NCBI GenBank assembly: GCA_963719085.1
Contig: CAVRAL010000001.1
Coordinates: 384,001 to 448,000, forward strand
DNA length: 64,000 nt
Reading direction: 5' to 3'
Origin: a candidate division FCPU426 bacterium
GTDB taxonomy: Bacteria; Oederibacteriota; Muellerivitia; Muellerivitales; Muellerivitaceae
A model generated the notes under the pieces. That model had not been told where the DNA came from and ran no database searches. It saw only the letters and a list, made by a program, of their open reading frames with translations. Made by a program: the position numbers and the translations under genes. Positions 19,044 to 28,913 of the stretch are shown here, in pieces (positions within the stretch are counted from its first letter, which is position 1; every line of letters starts with the position of its first letter).

Positions 19044-19694
19044 ATGGATTCTCAAAAAGCAAAAGCGATCCTGCCTTGGGCTTCTCTTTCTTTCCTGTTT
19101 ATTCTGGCGGTATTTTCCCACGGGGTTTGTCCTGAATTTTTTTTCCCCGCTTTTGATGGCCGCTCGATTTTGATCCTGGGAGCCCTGGGCGTGGCGGTTT
19201 TTGGAGCGCTGGCCTTTCAAAAAAACGCCGGGATCAACCGCCGCCGCCGCGAGGCCTCGCGTTTGATCCAGGCCTTGCGCGGGAAACGCGCCCCCTTGGG
19301 CGAGCCTACGGAAAACGAGGTGATCTTGGCGGGCCGGGTGGTTTCCCGTTTGACGCGCAACGCGGACGAGGACCTTCGCGAGATCAATCCTGATTTTTCC
19401 CTCGCCTCGCTCCACCGCTTGATTCGTTATCTTCCGCTGCTTCTGGACGAGGTGGAATGCGAGGAGGACGCCTTGATCCGCTGGGGCGTGGTGGGGACTT
19501 ATCTAGGGGAAACCCTCTGCCGCCAGGCGGGCTGGAATTGGTTTTTCAAGCCCGATCCGGCTTTGCGGCAGTTTTCCTTCCTGTCCTCGGTCCTTCAGCG
19601 AGGTCCCGGCCGGGAACTGGACCCTTACGCTTGGGCCGCCGATTTATTCGACCGCCGGCGGGGTTTGGCCGGCTTGTTGGACGAGGTGAAATAG
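19044..19694 (+). CDS. Hypothetical membrane protein (two N-terminal TM segments + helical domain)
   Basis: GGAG RBS, two hydrophobic segments, GTYLGETLCRQAGWNW motif; stop overlaps the next start (TAGTG). Confidence 0.7.
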   Translation: MDSQKAKAILPWASLSFLFILAVFSHGVCPEFFFPAFDGRSILILGALGVAVFGALAFQKNAGINRRRREASRLIQALRGKRAPLGEPTENEVILAGRVVSRLTRNADEDLREINPDFSLASLHRLIRYLPLLLDEVECEEDALIRWGVVGTYLGETLCRQAGWNWFFKPDPALRQFSFLSSVLQRGPGRELDPYAWAADLFDRRRGLAGLLDEVK

Positions 19695-20380
19695 TGGCCC
19701 GCCGCCCTCAAGGCCTTCATTTAAGCGCCCTCGGGGCCGTGGGGCTGGCCGCCTTGATTCTGGCTTTCCCTCCGGTGATGGGCGCGGCCGATGTTTCCCG
19801 GCCCGTCATCCATATCATCTCGGCGGCGACCCCGCTTCAGATTCTCCACGACCACAGCACGGAACAAATCACGGCCATGCGGCACTCGCGTTTTCCGGGG
19901 GCCCATATGCATAGTCCGGGAATCACGGTGGCTGAAAGCGAGATGAAGGCCGATTGTCAGTTGTCGTTCAGCCATAGGGACGGCACCCTGGTTTATAAGG
20001 TTTGGGCCACCTCCGTGACCCTGTTGTTTGATTACAGCCGGATGGATGTTTTTATTTCCAGCCAATACGGCGAGGGGAGCTGTCCCTACCAGCAGATATT
20101 GATCCACGAAAAACAACATGTGGCCATCGATGAGCGGGAATTGGAAAAATACAAAAAGCTCATGGCGGCGGCCCTTCGGCACAGCCGTCTGATCCCCAGC
20201 CGTTCCCATCCGCTCGCCGCCCGGTCGGTTGAGGAGGGTAGGGCCTTGGTGTCCCGGCGCATATTGGGGATCGTGCATCCTTATTTCGCGGCCTATGGGC
20301 GCGCGGTGAAGGCGGAAAACGCCAAGATTGACACCTTGGCCAATTACCGCCGTGTCCAGGCCCGCTGTAACGACTGGTGA
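19694..20380 (+). CDS. Secreted HExxH zinc-metallopeptidase-like protein (DUF922-like)
   Basis: GTG start overlapping the previous stop, signal peptide, CPYQQILIHEKQHVAID, C-terminal NAKID...C. Confidence 0.65.
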   Translation: MARRPQGLHLSALGAVGLAALILAFPPVMGAADVSRPVIHIISAATPLQILHDHSTEQITAMRHSRFPGAHMHSPGITVAESEMKADCQLSFSHRDGTLVYKVWATSVTLLFDYSRMDVFISSQYGEGSCPYQQILIHEKQHVAIDERELEKYKKLMAAALRHSRLIPSRSHPLAARSVEEGRALVSRRILGIVHPYFAAYGRAVKAENAKIDTLANYRRVQARCNDW

Positions 20381-20393
20381 GACAGATAAAACA

Positions 20394-20496
20394 AGTTTAA
20401 AAGTTAGGAACGAGAAGTTCGAAGTTGGATTCAAAAGAAAATCAAAAAGGCTCACGAAGATGGATGATCGAAACTCATCACTCCTAACTTCTAACT
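20394..20496. repeat. Imperfect palindrome built from AGTTAGA/TCTAACT-type heptamers
   Basis: Left arm AGTTTAAAAGTTAGGAACGAGAAGTTCGA; reverse complement of the right arm AGTTAGAAGTTAGGAGTGATGAGTTTCGA. Confidence 0.6.
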
Positions 20497-20513
20497 GCCC
20501 AAGGAAAACTTGA

Positions 20514-23500
20514 ATGAAACTAATGAAAACTTTATCCCTCTTATTTTTAGTCCTGATGGGATTCAACCCAGTCAGGGCCGCGGACTTCAATTGGCTGGCC
20601 AACGGTGATTTCAGCCACCCCGAGGCCGGGGGAACCCAAGGCTGGGTGGGGAACCTCAACCTCCAGCCGGGCCGGGACGGCAAGCCCGCGGTCACGATGG
20701 AAAACCTCCAGGTCAATTGGACCGAGGTCAGCCAGAAGGTTCCCCTGCCCGATCCGGCCCCCCCGGCGGTTGAAATTTCCGGTTGGGTGAAGACCCAGAA
20801 CGTGGTCCAAGGCGCGCAAACTTGGAACGCGGCGCGGATCAGCGTGGTCTTTTACGACAAGGCCGGCAACCGTTTGGGGGATTGGCCCCCGACCACGGCT
20901 CAAGTGATCGGCACCCACGATTGGACGCTTTATTCCCACGAGTATCCGGTTCCGCCCGGGACCGCTTGGCTGACGGTGGAGCTTTCCCTGGGCGATTGCT
21001 TGGGGAAAGCTTGGTTCAGTGATATCCAATGCTCGGTTTACGATTATGATTCCAATCGATTGGCCGCGGGGGCGAAGACCCATCCGGCGCTCAAACCGCA
21101 GGCTTCCGGCCCCACGACCAATTGGCTCATCAACCCGGGCTTTGAGGATTTGGGCTCCCGGGATTGGAACGGCGGGCAAGTGGTCCCGGGCGGACGGCAA
21201 TCGGCCCACTCGCTTTTCATCCAAAACGACGCGCCTTCCTGGAACTTGGCCGAACAAGATGTTTCCACTGGGGGACAAACGCCCAGCTCTTCCGATTCGA
21301 CTTCAATGAAAGCCGGACAAACGCCCGCTTTCATCGTTTATGGCGGCTGGTTAAAAACCGAGGGCGTGGTCCCGGGAACCGCGGACTATATGGCGGCCCG
21401 GCTCGGCGTGGATTTTAGGGACGCCTCCGGCAAACAGCTGGGCGGTTGGCAGGATTCGGTCTGCAAAATCACCGGAACCACCGATTGGACCTATGTCGAG
21501 AAAAAATATCCCGTGCCGCCGGGAACCGCCCAAATCCATGTGGACGCGGGGCTGGGCAATTGCGTTGGAAAAGTTTGGCTGGACGACCTGCGCTTGTCGC
21601 TGCTCGATTCCGCGGGCGCGCCCCTCACCACGATCGTCAGGACCCAGCAGGTCAGCGACACTTCGGATTGGTATGCTTACACGCCTCCTACCGACCCTTC
21701 GGGCGCCGCGCTCGACCTTTCATTCCTCAATGAAAAACCGGCGGGCACCCACGGCTTTGTCACGGCCCAAGGCGGGCACTTTAGCTTCAAGGATGGGAGC
21801 CGGATCCGCTTTTGGGGAACGGATGTGATCGGGCCCAACCTCTTCCTGGCCCACGACCAGGCCGACGCCCTGGCGCTTCGGCTTTCCAAATTGGGCGTGA
21901 ACTTGGTGCGCCTGCATATGGCGGACGCCGATTGGACCGACAATAATTTTTTTGACCCCAAGGCCGACAACACCCTGTCGCTTCAACCGGCCCAGGTGGA
22001 AAAGTTCGATTATCTGGTTTCGGCGCTGAAGAAAAATGGGATCTATGTTTATCCCGATTGGATCGTGGACCGTAAATTCCGCCCCGGGGACCATGTGCCC
22101 GATTATCAGCAATTGGAAGAAGGCGCCAAAGGCGTGATCCATTTCAGCCACCGGATCATTGAGATGAACAAGCTTTACGCCAAACAAATCCTCACCCACC
22201 TCAATCCCTACACGGGGATGACCCTGGCCGCCGACCCGGTTTACGTGGGCAATGAAATCGTCAACGAGTCCTCGATCTTCACCAATTTCCAGGAACAAAA
22301 CTATCCGCCGGCCTATTGGGCCGAGCTTCAAAAGCTTTACACCCGCTGGGGCGGCAAGGGCCAGGTGGCCCATTTCAAATTCGACTATGACAACCAAAAA
22401 CTGGTCCCGACCCAAAATCCCGAGAACGCCGACGCCACCCTGAAGTTCCTGCTGGGGGAAGTGGAGGCGAGCGACCGGGAAATGAAAAAGTTCCTGAAGC
22501 TCACCAGCCCGCACGCGCTGTTGACCGGCAGCAATATGGGGTTTCCCGTGCTGGGGAATATCAAAAGCGATTCGCTGATGGATTTTATGGATACCCACTG
22601 TTATTGGGACCACCCCCAGTATTGGAATATTGAGGGGGGCTGGGCCAACGTGGATTACGCGCCGATGAACAACAACTCCCAGCTTCAAAATCCTTTTCAA
22701 GGGTCGCTGGTCTTCAACCTTTCCCACGACGCCGTGGAAGGCAAACCCTTGATCGTCACCGAGTGGAACGATTGTTTTCCCAACGAGTACCGGATCGAGG
22801 GACCCATGCTTTTGGCCGCCTATGGATCGCTCCAGGATTGGGACGGCCTGCTTCAATTTGATTACGGGATGGAGAAGCCGGGGACGGTCAAGATGACCAA
22901 TTTCGCCCTCAATACCCGGGTGGATAATGAGCCGCTTTTCCAAGCGGGCGCCTTGATCTTCCGGGAAGCCCTCTTGAAGCCCTCGGCCGTCACCGTGGTC
23001 GAGCCTTTGGCGGATTCCCAAATTTTAGCCAATGGAAGCAAAAGCCAATGGCTGTTCGACCATCCCTGGCTTCCTTACGCGGTGAAGGTCGTGAAGCGCT
23101 TCACGGGAGCGGCGGCTGAGAAGGCCTCGGACCTGACGGCGTTGGAGCCGCTGGACCGGGAAGAGGACAAAACCGTGAACAGCTCCACGGGCGAAGAAAG
23201 CCTGGATTACGGAAAGGGGATTTTGAAAGTGGACAGCCCCCAAGCGCAAGGCTTCACGGGCGCCTTGCCGGCGGCCGGGGAAAAGACCGCCGATATGGCC
23301 GTGGCGGTGTCCCCCCGAAACCCCTGGGTTTCGGTGATGGCGGTGAGCCTGGATCAAAAACCTTTGGCCGGTTCGAAACGATTGGTTTTATTCGCCGTGG
23401 GCCGGGCGGAAAACAGTGGTCAGGTTTTCAACGTCACCCGCAAGGCCCTGAAGAATCCGGGCCACCCGCCGGTTTTGATGCAGGGCGTTTCCGCCGGGAT

Positions 23501-23669
23501 CGCCTTGCGGCTGGATCCGGATGAAACTTACCAGGTTTTCCCCTTGGATAGCGATGGAAAGGAAGGGACGCCCTTGAAGGCGGCCCAGGTGAAGGGAATC
23601 TTGAAATTCACGATCTCGCCCAAGGATCAAACGAGCGATTATTTGGTGAGGGTCGAGGACAAAAACTAA
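20514..23669 (+). CDS. Secreted clan GH-A glycoside hydrolase (GH5-like) with two N-terminal CBM4/9-like domains
   Basis: Signal peptide; two NWL.NG.F...GW.KT..V..G...GT.DW modules; KPAGTHGFV, RFWG, GVNLVRLH, NPYTG, acid/base EIVNES, nucleophile VTEWN, QDWDG. Confidence 0.82.
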   Translation: MKLMKTLSLLFLVLMGFNPVRAADFNWLANGDFSHPEAGGTQGWVGNLNLQPGRDGKPAVTMENLQVNWTEVSQKVPLPDPAPPAVEISGWVKTQNVVQGAQTWNAARISVVFYDKAGNRLGDWPPTTAQVIGTHDWTLYSHEYPVPPGTAWLTVELSLGDCLGKAWFSDIQCSVYDYDSNRLAAGAKTHPALKPQASGPTTNWLINPGFEDLGSRDWNGGQVVPGGRQSAHSLFIQNDAPSWNLAEQDVSTGGQTPSSSDSTSMKAGQTPAFIVYGGWLKTEGVVPGTADYMAARLGVDFRDASGKQLGGWQDSVCKITGTTDWTYVEKKYPVPPGTAQIHVDAGLGNCVGKVWLDDLRLSLLDSAGAPLTTIVRTQQVSDTSDWYAYTPPTDPSGAALDLSFLNEKPAGTHGFVTAQGGHFSFKDGSRIRFWGTDVIGPNLFLAHDQADALALRLSKLGVNLVRLHMADADWTDNNFFDPKADNTLSLQPAQVEKFDYLVSALKKNGIYVYPDWIVDRKFRPGDHVPDYQQLEEGAKGVIHFSHRIIEMNKLYAKQILTHLNPYTGMTLAADPVYVGNEIVNESSIFTNFQEQNYPPAYWAELQKLYTRWGGKGQVAHFKFDYDNQKLVPTQNPENADATLKFLLGEVEASDREMKKFLKLTSPHALLTGSNMGFPVLGNIKSDSLMDFMDTHCYWDHPQYWNIEGGWANVDYAPMNNNSQLQNPFQGSLVFNLSHDAVEGKPLIVTEWNDCFPNEYRIEGPMLLAAYGSLQDWDGLLQFDYGMEKPGTVKMTNFALNTRVDNEPLFQAGALIFREALLKPSAVTVVEPLADSQILANGSKSQWLFDHPWLPYAVKVVKRFTGAAAEKASDLTALEPLDREEDKTVNSSTGEESLDYGKGILKVDSPQAQGFTGALPAAGEKTADMAVAVSPRNPWVSVMAVSLDQKPLAGSKRLVLFAVGRAENSGQVFNVTRKALKNPGHPPVLMQGVSAGIALRLDPDETYQVFPLDSDGKEGTPLKAAQVKGILKFTISPKDQTSDYLVRVEDKN

Positions 23670-23684
23670 GGACCGGAAAACCGA

Positions 23685-23888
23685 TTTGCCGCCCTGCCCG
23701 GGCTAACTGGGCCGAAGCAGGCGGGACATACCACGCTCAGTATCATTTTATAAATGGAGGCTGGTGCCAAGACGCCAAGAACGGCATTTGATTTTTTAAA
23801 AAAGACGAATTTAGTTGTTGGGTAAAAATGGAATTTTTACGGTTTAGTTCTATGGTTCACTTGGCGAACTTGGCGTCTTGGCGGTGAA
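23685..23888. repeat. Palindromic REP/MITE-like element, copy B, with nested 72-bp insert
   Basis: TTTGCCGCC[72 bp]GCCAAGACGCCAAG ... CTTGGCGAACTTGGCGTCTTGGCGGTGAA; insert 60/72 identical to copy A by hand count. Confidence 0.85.
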
Positions 23889-24320
23889 GGGGCTTTTCTT
23901 TATTTTCTTCGTGTTTTCTTGCGTCGTTCTTTTTTACGGCGGGGTTCTTTTTTTAAACTGGGGTTTTCGCTCCAGCGGCGGGCGCCGGTCCGGCGGTCTT
24001 TGGGCGCGCGGGCCACGGAAGGTGATTTTTTGAATCCTAGGGCGGCAAGTAAACCATTCAAGAAACCGGCCATGGGGCGCCTTTCGAAGGACGAATTTCA
24101 AGGATGGTAAGGCCTCAACTCCCAAACATCAATCCGGATTTGGCCCCGCTTCCATAGGCTCAAAAATGTCCATTCGTCCATTATTTGACTGTTCTGGCCT
24201 TAGGCGCGTCCGGCCCCGGCTTTTTGAAAGCGCCTTTTTATGGGGCTTTTTCCCTTGGCATTGAAAATGCACATCACTTTAGGCGTCTTCAAAATCAGGT
24301 TGGGGAAAGCCGCTTATTCA

Positions 24321-25079
24321 ATGAAGTTCGAACGCTTATTCTTATCGCTTTTATTCATGGGGACCCTCGGTTTGGGATGGATGACGGGCTGTACCAAACA
24401 ATTAACCCCGGTCGTTCCCGCGGGTCTTCCCACCCTCCAGCCCACCGCCACACCGACCGAAACTTTTACCGCGCCCTACCAGACCCCGACCGTTTCGGTG
24501 CCTCCCGCCGGCATTTACCTGGTGGCGGACACCCAGAACAATTTCTTTACCTACGTTAATTTAGCCGTCAATGGCGCGCCGGAAACGACCGCGACGGTCA
24601 CTTTGACCACGCCCTCGGGGCCGCTTTCGCTTCCTTATTTTTCGGGGAACCCGCCGAGCGCTTTGGCGCCTTATTTCACGAACGCGGGGGCCAATTTGCC
24701 CGGTTCGGATTACCAAGCCGGAGGGGTTTATACCTTGACCGTGGCGACTTCCATCGGAACCGTGAGCGCTTCCGTGACGGCGCCGGGGGGATCGGTCAAT
24801 TTCGCTTCGGATGGATCCCAGGTCTCCTGGGCGGTGGAAGGGGATGAGGATTACGCCACCGTCACCCGGGTTTCGCCTTACGGCACGACCTACCAGTCTT
24901 TCGCTACGGTGGAGGATGTCACGTCGCCCTTGTCGATCCCGAGCTCGGCTTATCCCACCACGGGCACCAGCTACTATTTGACGCTTTTCGCGCAATCGAC
25001 GCTTTACAACATTCCGGGGACGCAAGCCGGATCCCGTTGGACCATCACGCAGGTAACGACGGATACCCTGAGCAAATAA
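24321..25079 (+). CDS. Putative lipoprotein, Thr/Ser-rich beta-sandwich
   Basis: MKFERLFLSLLFMGTLGLGWMTG-C lipobox-like signal followed by a PT-rich linker. Confidence 0.75.
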   Translation: MKFERLFLSLLFMGTLGLGWMTGCTKQLTPVVPAGLPTLQPTATPTETFTAPYQTPTVSVPPAGIYLVADTQNNFFTYVNLAVNGAPETTATVTLTTPSGPLSLPYFSGNPPSALAPYFTNAGANLPGSDYQAGGVYTLTVATSIGTVSASVTAPGGSVNFASDGSQVSWAVEGDEDYATVTRVSPYGTTYQSFATVEDVTSPLSIPSSAYPTTGTSYYLTLFAQSTLYNIPGTQAGSRWTITQVTTDTLSK

Positions 25080-25100
25080 AAGTCGCGCGGGATCCTTAAC

Positions 25101-25137
25101 AAAAAAAAGGCTTACCGGATTCCGGTAAGCCTTTTTT
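25101..25137. terminator. Bidirectional rho-independent terminator
   Basis: A8-GGCTTACCGGA-T-TCCGGTAAGCC-T6 between convergent genes. Confidence 0.9.
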
Positions 25138-25152
25138 GGTTAAAGTTGAAAC

Positions 25153-25539
25153 TCAGGGTTGGAGGCTGAAGGGTCCCGAACCGAAATAAGCGATGAGCAG
25201 GGCCGCGCCCAAGAGCGCCAGGTTTTTATTGAACATGATCATGTCATGCGTTTTGGCGGTAGGGTCCTTCAAGGTCCAATAGTTATGGATCAGGAAGGTG
25301 ACCGGGGCCAAGAAAGCCACAATCAGCCAAGCGCCCCAACGGGCCTCGTAGCCGACGACGATGAGGAGCCCGCCGACCAATTCCATCAATCCGGATACCA
25401 GCACCAGAAATTCGGCCGCCGGGACGCCCTTGGATTTGGCGTAACCCGCCAGCATTTTGGGCTGAGCCAAATGGCTGAAGCCGCTGGCGATGAAAAGAAA
25501 GCTGTAAAGAATTCGACCCACTAAAACCGCGATTCCCAT
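25153..25539 (-). CDS. DoxX family membrane protein
   Basis: LVGRILYSFLFIASGFSH, ELVGGL, FNKNLALLGAAL...GSGPFSL; AGGAGG RBS on the minus strand. Confidence 0.9.
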   Translation of the reverse strand: MGIAVLVGRILYSFLFIASGFSHLAQPKMLAGYAKSKGVPAAEFLVLVSGLMELVGGLLIVVGYEARWGAWLIVAFLAPVTFLIHNYWTLKDPTAKTHDMIMFNKNLALLGAALLIAYFGSGPFSLQP

Positions 25540-25595
25540 AAAATCCTCCTATGAATGTTTGGCTTAAAGAAACTTCGAATTTCCGGCAAAATCGA

Positions 25596-25629
25596 TTTCA
25601 CCGCCAAGACGCCAAGTGCGCCAAGTGAA
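25596..25629. repeat. Uninterrupted left arm of the GCCAAGACGCCAAG repeat family
   Basis: TTTCACCGCCAAGACGCCAAGTGCGCCAAGTGAA with no 72-bp insert. Confidence 0.8.
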
Positions 25630-25780
25630 GCAATGATTTTTTTGATTAAGGTGAAATTGTTCTTTGCTTTAGACGTTGCCTGAAATCCTTACAGGGAACA
25701 TAGGCGCCTGCCGGCCCAAGTTCAACGATTTAGGCCCCGGACCGGTCGATTTTATTTTGAAATGGAAAGATAATTACCCG

Positions 25781-26449
25781 ATGGTAACCACGAACCCCCA
25801 AACCCTTTCGTTGAAAGTAAACGAAATTTACCTGTCCCTGCAAGGCGAGTCCACCTACGCCGGGGTGCCTTGCGTGTTCGTGCGCTTGACCGGATGCCCC
25901 CTGCGCTGTGTTTGGTGCGACACCGCTTACGCCTTTTATAACGGCGAGGATATGGAGCTGGAAAAAATCGTGGACAAGGTCCGTTCCTTCGGGGTGCCGA
26001 CAGTGGAATTGACCGGGGGAGAACCCTTGGCGCAGGAAGGCGCCTTCCGCTTGTTGGAGCGGTTGGTGGAAGAGGAATTTCAGGTGTTGTTGGAAACCAG
26101 CGGCGCGGTGGACGTGGCCCGGGTGCCGAAAGCGGTGGTGAAAATCCTCGACATCAAGTGTCCCGGATCGGGCGAGGAAGGCCGCAACCTTTGGGAAAAC
26201 CTCAACCACTTGGTCCAGGGCCAGGACGAGATTAAGTTTGTCCTGAAAGACCGCGCCGATTATGATTACGCCAAAGCGGTGATCCAGGAGCGGCGGCTGG
26301 TCGGCCGGTTCACCCTGCTTTTTTCCGCCGTCCATAAAAGCCTGGAGCCCCAAACTTTGGCCGAATGGATCATCGCCGACCGATTGCCCGTGAAATTCCA
26401 GCTTCAGATGCATAAAATCATTTGGCCCGGCGAGACGAAAGGCCGATGA
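25781..26449 (+). CDS. queE: 7-carboxy-7-deazaguanine synthase (radical SAM)
   Basis: NEIYLSLQGES, FVRLTGCPLRCVWCDT (CxxxCxxC), LTGGEPL, ETSG, QLQMHK; adjacent to queC. Confidence 0.93.
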   Translation: MVTTNPQTLSLKVNEIYLSLQGESTYAGVPCVFVRLTGCPLRCVWCDTAYAFYNGEDMELEKIVDKVRSFGVPTVELTGGEPLAQEGAFRLLERLVEEEFQVLLETSGAVDVARVPKAVVKILDIKCPGSGEEGRNLWENLNHLVQGQDEIKFVLKDRADYDYAKAVIQERRLVGRFTLLFSAVHKSLEPQTLAEWIIADRLPVKFQLQMHKIIWPGETKGR

Positions 26450-26480
26450 AATAGGTTTTTGATTTAAATGTGAGGTTATC

Positions 26481-27167
26481 ATGAAACGCAAAGCGATTGT
26501 CCTCGTCTCCGGCGGGCTGGATTCCACCACTTGTTTGGCCATCGCCCGTTACCAGGGTTTTGAGCTTTACGCTTTGACCCTGCATTACGGCCAGCGGCAC
26601 TTGGCGGAACTGAAGGCCGCGCGCAAAGTGGCGAAGGCCTTCGGCGCGAAAAGCCATTTGGAACTCAAGGTGCCCCTGACTTCCTTCGGCGGCTCGGCCT
26701 TGACGGATAAAAAAATCAAAGTTCCCAAGTCCCGCACCTTGAAGGAAATGGCGGGGGCGATCCCGTCCACATATGTTCCGGCGCGCAACACCATTTTTCT
26801 TTCGCTGGCTTTGGCTTGGGCGGAAGTCGTGGGCGCGGAGGATGTTTTCATCGGCGTGAACGCCTTGGACTACAGCGGTTATCCCGACTGCCGCCCCGAA
26901 TTCATCGAGACCTTTGAGGACTTGGCCAAACTGGCCACGCAAAAGGGAGTGGAAGGGAAATGGCGTTTCAAAATCCACACGCCCTTGATCCGCATGAGCA
27001 AAGCCGAGATCATCAAGACCGGTAAAAAATTAAAAGTGAATTACGCCTGGACCCATTCCTGCTACGACCCAAAATCCAAGGGCCGTCCCTGCGGCCGGTG
27101 TGATTCCTGTCTTTTGCGCGCCAAGGGTTTTCAAGAGGCGGGAATCGCGGATCCGCTTTTAAAGTGA
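26481..27167 (+). CDS. queC: 7-cyano-7-deazaguanine synthase
   Basis: [37 protein letters not shown]...CGRCDSC. Confidence 0.97.
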   Translation: MKRKAIVLVSGGLDSTTCLAIARYQGFELYALTLHYGQRHLAELKAARKVAKAFGAKSHLELKVPLTSFGGSALTDKKIKVPKSRTLKEMAGAIPSTYVPARNTIFLSLALAWAEVVGAEDVFIGVNALDYSGYPDCRPEFIETFEDLAKLATQKGVEGKWRFKIHTPLIRMSKAEIIKTGKKLKVNYAWTHSCYDPKSKGRPCGRCDSCLLRAKGFQEAGIADPLLK

Positions 27168-27204
27168 TAAGAAAGGGATTGAGAAAAAATCATTGATTTA
27201 GTCT

Positions 27205-27344
27205 GTCGTTGCGGGGAGCGAACTTTGCGACGCGGCAATCTCAGTTCGTGGGTTGTTTAGTCTTAACTCTCAAGATGTATTAAGAGGCCATAAACTGGGA
27301 TTGCTTTGTCGCTTAAACCAATGAAAGACGCTCCTCGCAATGAC
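27205..27344. repeat. Palindromic element of the GTCATTGCGAGGAGC...GCAATC / GATTGC...GCTCCTCGCAATGAC type
   Basis: GTCGTTGCGGGGAGCG...GCGACGCGGCAATCTCAGTT pairs imperfectly with AACTGGGATTGCTTTGTCGC...CGCTCCTCGCAATGAC. Confidence 0.8.
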
Positions 27345-27647
27345 GGTTGACCGGCCTGTTCTGTCGCTCTTGCCGAGAGTATGGTTTCGAATTCTTTTTC
27401 CCGCCCATTTTTCGCCCGCGCCGGGTCCTAGTCCTCATCCCTAAAACAATTTTAGCCCTTTAAATAAACAGGACCGACCCATCGGTCGCCAATGGTTGGA
27501 GGCGGGAAAATTGGGTAAAAATTGCCCAACTTTTATTTGCTGACTACTTTAGCAACCAAAAAAGGTGGCTGTTAATGCAGGTTTAACGCCATATTTCTAA
27601 ATCTAATGATAACATTTAACCCTAAACAAACAGGGGGTTCCTCTACC

Positions 27648-28913
27648 ATGCCAACATCTAAAACCTTGTTACGCGTTGTCCTTGTCCTGGCTTTCGCCAG
27701 TTTGGGCCTCACCTCAACTTGGGCCGATCCCAATTTTTCAATCACGGGGGAAGGCCAACTTTCCCGCCATTTCTATGACGCCAATACCACCGCGACGGAT
27801 TTTGGAAGCTATGGCATCGGGGGAACTCTTTTGGCTGAATTTGAGCCAATCGATCTTTTTTCGATCGGTGTTGAATTAGCCGCGAATGATTACCTGGGCC
27901 TCGGCGGAGTAGGGAAGGTTGCCGCTACCACAGATATCGTTGGGCGTTTCATGCCTTTTCCGAGCAATACCATTTCCCCTTATCTATTGGGGAGCTATGG
28001 CGTGAATCCGCTTGGAGCTAATCATGTCGGGGCTTGGCCCAACAGCACGCACTTTTCTTTGGGTGCGGGCTTCCGGTATTTCGTATTGCCTCAGTGGGCG
28101 CTCGATTTTGGCGGTGCTTATAACTATTACGATCCGTCCGCGACGCCGCTTCAAAGCATCGAACTTCACGCTGGATTGGCCTTCTTCGTGAATACGCCTT
28201 TCAAAAATTCCGACAAAATGGTTTGGGCCGGCGGCGGCGTGACAGTCATGCAGCCGGTGACCATCACCGAAACCGACCAATCGAACCCCTCCATACAGGA
28301 CATCGCCCAAAATGAGTATGGTGATCGGACCCTCTATCCCTTGATCGTCGACGCCAATTTTAAGGACAAGTCCAAACCGCTCATCCTGCCGCCGGGCATG
28401 CAGTTGATCATTCCCCAGCATCCCAGCGATGAGATGATGGCTGACGCGCACTTGAAGGCCAAGACGCCCGTTTATAAAAACGCCGCGGATACCTTCTCCA
28501 TGCCCGAGTTGGACAACATCCAGTACCGGTTGGAACCGGCGCAGTCGGATGACTCGGTGGACAATGGCCCCAAGGACCAACTGACCTTCCAAGCCGATTC
28601 GCTTTGGGACATCGCGGCCCGGCCGGATGTTTACGGCGATCCCGAACTTTATCCGCTTTTGGTGGACGCCAATTTCGAGAAGCTTTCCGATCCCTTGCTC
28701 TTAAAGCCGGGCACCCAACTGGTGATTCCGCATGGCCTCTCAAAAGCCAAAATTCAGCAGGCCCGGATCAAGGCCTGGACCGCCGAATATATCCGCTGGC
28801 GCGGCGCGCAGGTTTCCCACGAGGAATACCGCGAGTGGCGTAAAGAAATGGGCATGCCGGCAATTGATGAGGTGACGGGTGAGGTGCTTCAACCCGGAAA
28901 CTTGGGTGAATAA
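27648..28913 (+). CDS. Small outer-membrane beta-barrel fused to two LysM-like domains
   Basis: Signal peptide; amphipathic strands (SPYLLGSYG, FSLGAGFRYF, ALDFGGAYNY, ELHAGLAFF); two repeats S..DIA...YGD..LYPL.VDAN....PL.L.PG.QL.IP. Confidence 0.75.
   Translation: MPTSKTLLRVVLVLAFASLGLTSTWADPNFSITGEGQLSRHFYDANTTATDFGSYGIGGTLLAEFEPIDLFSIGVELAANDYLGLGGVGKVAATTDIVGRFMPFPSNTISPYLLGSYGVNPLGANHVGAWPNSTHFSLGAGFRYFVLPQWALDFGGAYNYYDPSATPLQSIELHAGLAFFVNTPFKNSDKMVWAGGGVTVMQPVTITETDQSNPSIQDIAQNEYGDRTLYPLIVDANFKDKSKPLILPPGMQLIIPQHPSDEMMADAHLKAKTPVYKNAADTFSMPELDNIQYRLEPAQSDDSVDNGPKDQLTFQADSLWDIAARPDVYGDPELYPLLVDANFEKLSDPLLLKPGTQLVIPHGLSKAKIQQARIKAWTAEYIRWRGAQVSHEEYREWRKEMGMPAIDEVTGEVLQPGNLGE

Noticed and set aside
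23890..24320. Short ORFs in the spacer before the lipoprotein
   Set aside because: No RBS, motif or coding-like composition; treated as non-coding.
25540..25780. PreQ1 riboswitch upstream of queE-queC
   Set aside because: No recognisable preQ1 stem plus A-rich tail; the region holds a repeat arm instead. An Infernal/Rfam scan would settle it.
25781..27167. queE-queC as a 7-deazaguanine DNA-modification or QatC-type defence island
   Set aside because: Both look like canonical housekeeping enzymes; no dpdA/tgt-like, ATPase or nuclease neighbours.
27345..27647. ops/JUMPstart element or riboswitch ahead of polysaccharide locus 1
   Set aside because: No GGCGGTAG ops match seen; only short imperfect palindromes that cannot be assigned.
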